Part shown: in pieces, positions 1 to 6,543 of the stretch | Layout of the letters: every line of letters starts with the position of its first letter | Numbering within the stretch: position 1 is the first letter of the stretch | Source: Candidatus Heimdallarchaeota archaeon | GTDB taxonomy: Archaea > Asgardarchaeota > Heimdallarchaeia > JABLTI01 | NCBI GenBank assembly: GCA_030614005.1 | Contig: JAUWKS010000083.1 | Location: forward strand, 1-12,986 | DNA: 12,986 bases | Direction: 5' to 3' | The notes under the pieces: generated by a model | The model's input: only the letters and a program-made list of their open reading frames with translations | Databases searched by the model: none | What the model was told of the DNA's origin: nothing | Position numbers and translations under genes: made by a program

Positions 1-2
1 CA

Positions 3-794
3 TATCACGCATCTCCAGATAATAATCTTCTAACTATCGAAGGTCAGAAAACAATAGGTCTAGAAATTGTCTTGCAGAAAGACACCATAGATAGTATAAT
101 TGTGCCAAGAGGTTCTGGATCACTAATATATTCCATTTTTCGAGGTTTTGAAGATGCAATTACCTCAGGATGGATTAAAGAATTCCCAAAGATTTACGCT
201 GTTTCATTAGAAAAAACAAAAGTAGCTCATTTAGCAGAATCATTAGAGATTACAAAGGTATTTCTTCTTGAAGAAGTGAAAAAGATAATTAAAAGAACAA
301 ACGGAAATGAAATAGAGATCGACGCTGAGTCTATGTTAGATGAAGCTATAATTTTAGCCAAAAATGAAGGACTATTTATTGAACCAGCATCTGCATCAGT
401 ATTAGTTGCTGCTAAAAATCTCATCCAAGAAGATCTGATAGATTCAAAATCTAGTGTTGCAATCTTGTCCGGTTCTGGATTAAGTACACTCAATGTTTAC
501 GCTGCTAGGTTAAGAGGAAAGAAGAAAGTTGTTTGGGGATTATCAGAAAGCTCAACTACAAAGTTTGAAATTCTCAATCTTATAGCTGGTAAAAAGGCTG
601 ATTATGGTTATTCAATCTGGATTTCTTTGGGAAAGAACCAATCTCTCCAATCAATCTATCAACATCTAGCAGAATTAGAAGAAAAGGGTTTGATTGTTCC
701 TAGTGAGAAAGAAGTTAAAAGAAAACACTATGAATTATCAAAAAAAGGTCTAGAAACTTTGGATAATATGCGAAATTTGATAGACTATCTATGA
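3..794 (+). CDS. 5'-truncated threonine synthase-like PLP fold type II protein with C-terminal PadR-family winged helix-turn-helix domain (putative one-component regulator)
   Basis: Frame is open from position 3 (YHASPDNNLLTIEGQKTIGLEIVLQKD...), so the track start at 72 is not the real start. ThrC-like motifs: IEGQKTIGLEI, IIVPRGSGSL, EGLFIEPASA, ILSGSGL. From nt 561 a PadR-like pattern: FEILNLI...YGYSIW...SLQSIYQHLAELEEKGLI...KRKHYELSKKG. Confidence 0.8.
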   Translation, partial: YHASPDNNLLTIEGQKTIGLEIVLQKDTIDSIIVPRGSGSLIYSIFRGFEDAITSGWIKEFPKIYAVSLEKTKVAHLAESLEITKVFLLEEVKKIIKRTNGNEIEIDAESMLDEAIILAKNEGLFIEPASASVLVAAKNLIQEDLIDSKSSVAILSGSGLSTLNVYAARLRGKKKVVWGLSESSTTKFEILNLIAGKKADYGYSIWISLGKNQSLQSIYQHLAELEEKGLIVPSEKEVKRKHYELSKKGLETLDNMRNLIDYL

Positions 795-804
795 TTTAGA
801 AATT

Positions 805-819
805 AAAAAAGAAAAAAAA
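805..819 (-). terminator. Oligo-T tract, probable archaeal intrinsic terminator for the 843..1211 gene
   Basis: Minus strand reads TTTTTTTTCTTTTTT about 23 nt after the stop codon, in the gap between two convergent genes. Confidence 0.5.
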
Positions 820-842
820 TAATTGGATAATTTGTTTTACAG

Positions 843-1211
843 TTAGCAATTTCCATCTTGTAGCTGAAGTTGTTCTTGAGTTCCATCTTGTTCACAAATA
901 CAAGTACAATTACAGGTTCCATCTTGAAGTTGATCTCTAATACGATCTCTTTCTCTTATCTGATCACCATCTCCAGGGGGGATACAGGTGCCATTACCGT
1001 TATTTGTTTCAGGAGGAACCATTGTACTATTGTAATTATTTTCATTTGGATCTTCACATGTACCATCTTGATACTGGTCTCGATCTCTATCGAAATCTCT
1101 TACAATTACTGTTTCATCAGCATATCCAATCATTGAAAGCTGTGTAGCTAAAACTAGTAGTGCTAGAAGACTTATACCAGTTAGTAATTTTTTATTTTTC
1201 ATAAGCTTCAA
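843..1211 (-). CDS. Small secreted acidic, Cys-containing low-complexity repeat protein of unknown function
   Basis: Basic N-terminus, hydrophobic stretch and GYA|D cleavage-like site (signal peptide, aa 1-31). GAGGT SD-like sequence at 1214-1218. Start is TTG 1211 or ATG 1202. Mature part is rich in D/Q/N/E/R, with 7 Cys and 3 N-X-S/T sequons. Confidence 0.75.
   Translation of the reverse strand: MKLMKNKKLLTGISLLALLVLATQLSMIGYADETVIVRDFDRDRDQYQDGTCEDPNENNYNSTMVPPETNNGNGTCIPPGDGDQIRERDRIRDQLQDGTCNCTCICEQDGTQEQLQLQDGNC
846..1100 (-). repeat. Intragenic imperfect repeats encoding (R/D)n-Q-x-QDG(T/N)C units
   Basis: CAAGATGG (Gln-Asp-Gly; CCATCTTG on +) occurs four times. Protein repeats: RDRDQYQDGTC, RIRDQLQDGTC, EQDGTQ, QLQLQDGNC, plus NGNGTC. 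Confidence 0.7.
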
Positions 1212-1344
1212 TTACCTCTTTTTTCAGATATATGAATAGATTGTCCTTTAAAATATTAAAGTAGGAAATAAATTGTCTCGTAAAACGGAAACTTTGATAG
1301 AGAAATTATTCATTCATCTTCTTTGCATTGCTTCAGATATCCAC

Positions 1345-1381
1345 CTAAAAGGTTTTATAGGTTTATACAAGTTGTAACTTG
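1345..1381 (+). promoter_or_regulatory. Candidate BRE/TATA promoter of the ECF operon followed by inverted repeat CAAGTT-GT-AACTTG (candidate operator)
   Basis: CTAAAAGG-TTTTATAG (1345-1360), a second TTTATA (1362-1367), then a 6-bp-arm inverted repeat at 1368-1381. GGTGA SD 4 nt before the GTG at 1405. Confidence 0.5.
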
Positions 1382-1404
1382 AATATATTTCTGTTGGTGA
1401 GAAT

Positions 1405-2241
1405 GTGAGTACAAATGAAGATAGCCTTAGTCAAGAAACAAATCTATCTGATCAAGATTATTTATTAAGAAATAAAATTCTAAAAGAAGTCTCTTCTATA
1501 CGTGGGATTGCGTTAATTGTATCTTTTACAGCACTGGTATTCTTATCTACATCAATTTTCTTCATTTATATTCCTGCTTCGAATGGATTCTTTAACATAG
1601 GAGAAGCTTTTGTTTATTTAGCTGCATTAATAGGTGGTCCTATAACTGGTGCAATTGCAGGTGGATTAGGCGCTTCAATGGCCGATTTAGCTTTAGGATT
1701 TGGTCATTTTGCTCCAGCAACAGCAATACTGAAAGCACTCGAAGGTTTTGTAGTTGGACTTTTATTCCATTACAGCAGAAGAGTTTATGGTTGGTTAAAA
1801 TATGTATTTATTGGAATAATATGCTCATTCCTAATTGGTTTTTCTGCATTTTTAACTACTCAAACATTTAATATTGGTCTTTCATTTTATGGCGCTGGAG
1901 AATTTTCTGTTAACATTCCAGGGTATGTTTTTCTGATTTTTTCTATTATTCTCACGATTATAATTATTCTAGTGCTTCTCCTACTCAAAGAAAAAGGTGA
2001 GATGGCACTTTCTTGTAGTCTAGGTGGGATCATTATTGTTATAGGCTATTATTTATATGAAATTTACATTCTCAGCTATGATCCAACTTTAGTAGCTCTT
2101 GAAATTCCCTTCAATATTGCACAAGTAATATTTGGTGCGGCAATAGCTATACCTATTGTATCCTATTTGAGAGAACTAGGTGTAATCCATTCGGATATTA
2201 TTGAAGACAAAGATATAGCAGAGGAAAAAGTACAAAAATAG
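1405..2241 (+). CDS. ECF transporter substrate-specific S component (COG4720-like; PdxU/HmpT-like), with internal hydrophobic insertion
   Basis: Motif IPASNGFFNIGEAFVYLAALIGGPITGAIAGGLGASMADL..G...FAPAT...KALEGFVVG and C-terminal EIPFNIAQVIFG are typical of ECF S components. Lies directly upstream of ECF ATPase and T genes. GTG start with GGTGA SD. Confidence 0.85.
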   Translation: MSTNEDSLSQETNLSDQDYLLRNKILKEVSSIRGIALIVSFTALVFLSTSIFFIYIPASNGFFNIGEAFVYLAALIGGPITGAIAGGLGASMADLALGFGHFAPATAILKALEGFVVGLLFHYSRRVYGWLKYVFIGIICSFLIGFSAFLTTQTFNIGLSFYGAGEFSVNIPGYVFLIFSIILTIIIILVLLLLKEKGEMALSCSLGGIIIVIGYYLYEIYILSYDPTLVALEIPFNIAQVIFGAAIAIPIVSYLRELGVIHSDIIEDKDIAEEKVQK

Positions 2242-2286
2242 ATGTCAAATTAATTTGTTAATACTTACCAATTACTGAGGATTATA

Positions 2287-3927
2287 ATGCTCCGCATAAG
2301 GAATTTATCAGTCAAATATCAATCAGATAAAAGATATGCTCTTAATTCTGTAAATATTAACGCAGAAGCTGGTGAGTTCATTGTAATTGCTGGTCCCAGT
2401 GGAAGTGGTAAAAGCACTCTAGCAAATGTAATTATGAGCTTGATACCTAATTTCATAAAAGCAGATATTAATGGAATAATCGAGTTTAACGATGAATCTA
2501 TTTTTAGTTTGGACAGAAAAGAATTGATTAAATTATTAGGATATGTACCTCAATATCCTAGTGATTTCACTACATCTTTATTAGTTGAAGAAGAGATAGC
2601 GTTTGTTTTAGAAAATCTTGCAATTGAAGCTAATGAAATTAATAAAAGGCTTGATTCTATTCTTGATCTATTAAAGATAAAACATCTGAAAAAACGATTA
2701 ATTACTGAATTAAGCTCTGGAGAATTACAGAGAGTAGCTTTGGCTGTTGCAATTGTAACAGAAGCCCCTTTGATAATACTCGATGAACCTATTGCAAGAA
2801 TTGATTCAAAATCTGAAGTCATGTTAACTGAATTATTAAGAGATATTGCAGACAAAGGTCATTTAGTTATAGCTTTTGAACACCGACTAGATTACATATT
2901 GCAAAAAGCTGATAGACTCATCATATTAGATGAAGGTAAAATAATTTCAGATGACCTACCAAAGAAAACGGTTAATTTGTTGAAGAATATTGATCCTCCA
3001 GAAATATCTACACTTGAATGTTCATCAAAAGAACAAATACTACTAATTGAGGAAGCAGTTGAGAAATGCAGAGCTCTTTTTACAAACTTATCTGAAAGAC
3101 AATACAATCTTAACGACCAGAGGTTTGCAAATAATGAGAATGATGTTTCGGTTAGATTGGATAACATTAGCTTTCGATATAACTCCAAAACATCTATGGT
3201 TCTGAAAGACATAGATCTATCTTTGTATGCTGGTCAATCTATTGGATTAATGGGTATTAATGGTAGTGGAAAATCTACTCTTTTGAAAGTCATTTCAGGC
3301 ATTAATAAAACAGCAAGTGGTGAGATTTATCTTAATGATTCAAGAGTTAAAAGCATAAGGAAAAGTAAAAATCATGTGATATTAGTTCCTGAAAATGCTA
3401 AACTGTTTTTGATAGGTCCAACTCCTTTCCGTGATTTATCTCGAATTATTAAAGAACCAAAAACAATTCACTCATTGTATAAGGAAACCGCATTAACTCC
3501 CCTTATGAATAAGAAACTCTATCATTTAAGTGAAGGAGAAAGAAGGTTGTTTGCTATTGTAAATGCTTTCCAATTCTCTGATGAAATTATCATAATTGAC
3601 GAACCAACCATTGGTTTAGATAAATGGGGGAGAAAGATTCTTTCTAATCTAATTAGAAGTGCTACAGCTAAAAATAAGACAGTAATAATAGCTTCTAATG
3701 ATCCTAGGATTTTTGTTGATCTTGATAGATTAATTGTTATTCAAGATGGTAACATAAAGCTAGACGGAAACCCAAGAAAAGTTCTTTATGAACTAGAAAA
3801 TAAAACTGACTTAATTCCAAATCAAATTGTTTGTTTCATCCAAATGATGGAAGAACAATTCCAATCAAAATTACCTCATTTCGTAAATACGAATGAAGTA
3901 AATGAATTTCTAAGGAGTGTTAAATAG
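2287..3927 (+). CDS. ecfA: ECF transporter ATPase, fused tandem A-A' nucleotide-binding domains
   Basis: Two Walker A motifs (GPSGSGKS, GINGSGKS), two signature-like motifs (LSSGE, LSEGE) and two Walker B/D-loops (IILDEP, IIIDEP). GAGG SD. Stop abuts the ecfT start. Confidence 0.9.
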   Translation: MLRIRNLSVKYQSDKRYALNSVNINAEAGEFIVIAGPSGSGKSTLANVIMSLIPNFIKADINGIIEFNDESIFSLDRKELIKLLGYVPQYPSDFTTSLLVEEEIAFVLENLAIEANEINKRLDSILDLLKIKHLKKRLITELSSGELQRVALAVAIVTEAPLIILDEPIARIDSKSEVMLTELLRDIADKGHLVIAFEHRLDYILQKADRLIILDEGKIISDDLPKKTVNLLKNIDPPEISTLECSSKEQILLIEEAVEKCRALFTNLSERQYNLNDQRFANNENDVSVRLDNISFRYNSKTSMVLKDIDLSLYAGQSIGLMGINGSGKSTLLKVISGINKTASGEIYLNDSRVKSIRKSKNHVILVPENAKLFLIGPTPFRDLSRIIKEPKTIHSLYKETALTPLMNKKLYHLSEGERRLFAIVNAFQFSDEIIIIDEPTIGLDKWGRKILSNLIRSATAKNKTVIIASNDPRIFVDLDRLIVIQDGNIKLDGNPRKVLYELENKTDLIPNQIVCFIQMMEEQFQSKLPHFVNTNEVNEFLRSVK

Positions 3928-4653
3928 ATGTCTTTTATGTTGAGAAGAATATATGACGGATTTCTTTTTAAACCAGACAGGTTTCATATCCATCCTTTGC
4001 TTGGGTTAACAATTATTCTACTACAATTTGGTTTTCTAATACCCAATATAAATTGGTCTCTTGCCCTTCTCCTATCATTTGTCATTCTTGAGAATATAAT
4101 ATTTAGAAATATTAGAGGATCACTAAGCATTCTATGGTCACTCCTTCCTGTTATTATTATTCTCGGTGGTTTAACTTTTCTTTTTGGAGGATGGTTACTC
4201 TGTTTTCGAGTACTATCTAGATTCTTTATTGGTGCAATAGGTTTTTCCTTTTTCTTTACCTCAACTAACCCATCAGATTTAACCAGATCTTTAGAAAAAC
4301 TGTACTTAGGTTCAAAGGTAGCTTTGATACCTTCCTTAGCTCTTGTAATAATACCTCGTATTGCTAAAGATTCTGAAGATACATTCAACACTTTACGTTT
4401 AAGAGGTGAGATTCAAGGAGGTTTTTACCGTTGGTTACCAAAAACATTAGCTATACTCATTGCTTCGGTTATCTATAGATCCGAATTCTTAGCTCAATCA
4501 CTTTATTTCAGAGGATTTGGTATTCAAAAAAGAACTCATTACAGAAAAATAAAGATGACATGGATGGATGTAAGTAGATTGGTCATTTGGGTAACCTTCC
4601 TTACTTTGTTTATTACTTTTAATTATTATGGGACTCTTAATTTCTTTGTTTGA
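3928..4653 (+). CDS. ecfT: ECF transporter transmembrane T component (CbiQ/EcfT family)
   Basis: Hydrophobic protein with TNPSDLTRSLEKL and two X-R-G coupling motifs (LRG, FRG) in the C-terminal half. Abuts ecfA (TAG ATG). Confidence 0.85.
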   Translation: MSFMLRRIYDGFLFKPDRFHIHPLLGLTIILLQFGFLIPNINWSLALLLSFVILENIIFRNIRGSLSILWSLLPVIIILGGLTFLFGGWLLCFRVLSRFFIGAIGFSFFFTSTNPSDLTRSLEKLYLGSKVALIPSLALVIIPRIAKDSEDTFNTLRLRGEIQGGFYRWLPKTLAILIASVIYRSEFLAQSLYFRGFGIQKRTHYRKIKMTWMDVSRLVIWVTFLTLFITFNYYGTLNFFV

Positions 4654-4678
4654 TTGAATACTAATGAATAAACTGAAA

Positions 4679-6043
4679 TCAGTCTATTTCTAAATCCATC
4701 TCTGATTGCTTCGCTTTTTCCCTAATGATTCTCTTTTTTGAAAGATCATAGAAACTTGCCATTAAAATGATACCAATAACAAAACAAATTATTGGTACAA
4801 CTACGATAAGTAGTTTAATTCCAATTATTGCAGTTTCAGTTTGTTTGTATGCATTTCCATTGTAACCTGTCAATCCAAGTATCAATGAAATCACTGATGC
4901 TTCCAAGATCATTGCAATTCTTACAGCGAATCCATAAAAACCAAAAAAAAGACCTTCTCTGTTTTTACCATATTTGTGATAGTCATCATCGATGATTTCT
5001 CCAATCAGAATCTCTGGAATGAGCATCAATCCGGCTAAAGGAGCACCAATTATTCCCATAAGGACAATAGTACTTAAATTAGTAGTAAAGAAGAACAAAG
5101 GTATTAATATTAATGAAAAAAGTACAGCACTAGTAAGAAAAACAACTTTTGGACCCTTTTTAAATGACACTCTTGCCCAAACAATGAAGAAAATTGCAGC
5201 AGTTACTACTCCAGCCCCATATATGTAACTTTCGAATTTTGCAGGTTGATTCAGTATCCATTTATTGAAATAAGGAACCATAGCTAGAAGAGTCAAATAA
5301 GCTATATTTGCAAAACAAAAAGAAAACAGGAAAGCAATATAATTCTTATTTTTCAAAACTTCTTTCAATTCGGCTAAGTATGAACCACTTTGAGGTTTAA
5401 TGGTTTTCATTATTTCTTTATCTCTGCAACCATAAATAGATAAAATAAAACCTAATAGAACAAAACCTGCTATAATTAAAATGGCTTTACGATAGGATTC
5501 AAGATTGTTGTATTCAAAAATCAATGGACCAATTACAACTGATACTATTACACCTATGACAGCTATCAGTTGTCTCAATGCAGCAACAAGGTTTCTCTCT
5601 TTTGTTGTTTTAAATTTCTCCGCATACAATGTCTGCCAGTTAAGAATAACAATTGTGTATAAAGTATCAAAGATAAGTAGAGAAGTAATAAAATATAGAA
5701 AAATTTTTACCTGATTTTTACTTTCTACTAAGGATATTGGAATAAACCAAATAGCTACAAAAGCTATTGTTAGAGGTATGAATCCAAATAAAATATAGGG
5801 GAATCGCCTTCCAAATCTAGTCCGTGTTTTATCTGATAACCAGCCAAATAATGGATCATTAACTGCATTCCATATAGCATAGATGGTCATAACAATCGGA
5901 ATATAAATTATATTTAGTTTCACTTCATCAGTATAAAAATTGTAAATTCTTGTATTAAAGAAATTAATAAGTATAGCACCTGAAATTGCTAATGAAGCAT
6001 ATGATATAATATTGAAAGTTCGTTTTTTTTTATCTGATTGCAA
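4679..6043 (-). CDS. MFS transporter, glycoside-pentoside-hexuronide (GPH/MelB-like) cation symporter family
   Basis: Hallmark IWNAVNDPLFGWLSDKTRTRFGRRFPY motif, many hydrophobic segments, and the loop DDDYHKYGKNREGLFFG. TTG start. Confidence 0.88.
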   Translation of the reverse strand: MQSDKKKRTFNIISYASLAISGAILINFFNTRIYNFYTDEVKLNIIYIPIVMTIYAIWNAVNDPLFGWLSDKTRTRFGRRFPYILFGFIPLTIAFVAIWFIPISLVESKNQVKIFLYFITSLLIFDTLYTIVILNWQTLYAEKFKTTKERNLVAALRQLIAVIGVIVSVVIGPLIFEYNNLESYRKAILIIAGFVLLGFILSIYGCRDKEIMKTIKPQSGSYLAELKEVLKNKNYIAFLFSFCFANIAYLTLLAMVPYFNKWILNQPAKFESYIYGAGVVTAAIFFIVWARVSFKKGPKVVFLTSAVLFSLILIPLFFFTTNLSTIVLMGIIGAPLAGLMLIPEILIGEIIDDDYHKYGKNREGLFFGFYGFAVRIAMILEASVISLILGLTGYNGNAYKQTETAIIGIKLLIVVVPIICFVIGIILMASFYDLSKKRIIREKAKQSEMDLEID

Positions 6044-6065
6044 ACCAATACAAAAAATCTTCAGT

Positions 6066-6084
6066 AATATAAAAATGTTTAATC
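6066..6084 (-). promoter_or_regulatory. Candidate TATA box for a leaderless MFS transcript
   Basis: Minus strand GATTAAACA-TTTTTATATT. TTTATA at 6073-6068 ends 25 nt before the TTG at 6043. No SD is visible. Confidence 0.35.
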
Positions 6085-6543
6085 ATTTATGAAAAAAGCT
6101 GCTACTTCCTCAACTGCTTTTAGAATCTCTTCAGAAACTTCACCCATGAACGTTAAATCCTTTACTTGGGCTCCGATAAGCTGAAATTTTTTACCTTTCA
6201 CTTCAATAATGTTTTTTATTTGCTCATAAGGGATAGTATGAGTTGATATTTGTGTTATTTTTGTATCAAAATCGTTTTTTACGATGATTTCGCCTGGTTT
6301 ACCATGGAAATCTACAGCATCAATGAGAAAAACATGCTGTACTTGCTTATTTTCAATCAAATCGAATAGAAAAACAGATAGGTCGTTATCTAGCTCAGAA
6401 AAAACCTTTTCGGGGTATTTTTCTTTAAGTTTTTCACCTACTAATATACCAAAAGAATCATCAGCTCTATCGCTATTTCCAAGACAAATAAAAGCGTATT
6501 TTTCAATTTCTGAAGAAGAAAAAAAAGGGAGGGATAGAGGCAA
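6079..6543 (-). CDS. Hydrogenase maturation endopeptidase (HycI/HybD, peptidase A31 family)
   Basis: CLGNSDRADDSFGILVGEKL, VFLIDAVDFHGKPGEI and STHTIP motifs. Directly follows the large subunit. GGTGA SD 8 nt before the TTG. Confidence 0.9.
   Translation of the reverse strand: MPLSLPFFSSSEIEKYAFICLGNSDRADDSFGILVGEKLKEKYPEKVFSELDNDLSVFLFDLIENKQVQHVFLIDAVDFHGKPGEIIVKNDFDTKITQISTHTIPYEQIKNIIEVKGKKFQLIGAQVKDLTFMGEVSEEILKAVEEVAAFFIND

Noticed and set aside
227-493. Minus-strand 88-aa ORF
   Set aside because: Antisense shadow of the ThrC-like gene; no recognisable motif.
846-1100. Repeated CCATCTTG as a CRISPR or DNA-level repeat array
   Set aside because: Repeats are short, irregularly spaced and in codon phase with QDG; explained by the protein repeat.
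870-1136. Plus-strand 88-aa Ile/Ser-rich ORF
   Set aside because: Antisense of the secreted repeat protein, which has the SD, signal peptide and terminator; the composition is a by-product.
2550-4391. Minus-strand ORFs 2550-2855, 2892-3212 and 3984-4391
   Set aside because: Shadows of ecfA/ecfT with no independent evidence.
6023-6031. 9-nt homopolymer at the MFS 5' end as a slippage or phase-variation site
   Set aside because: In frame (Lys-Lys-Lys) and unremarkable in an AT-rich genome.
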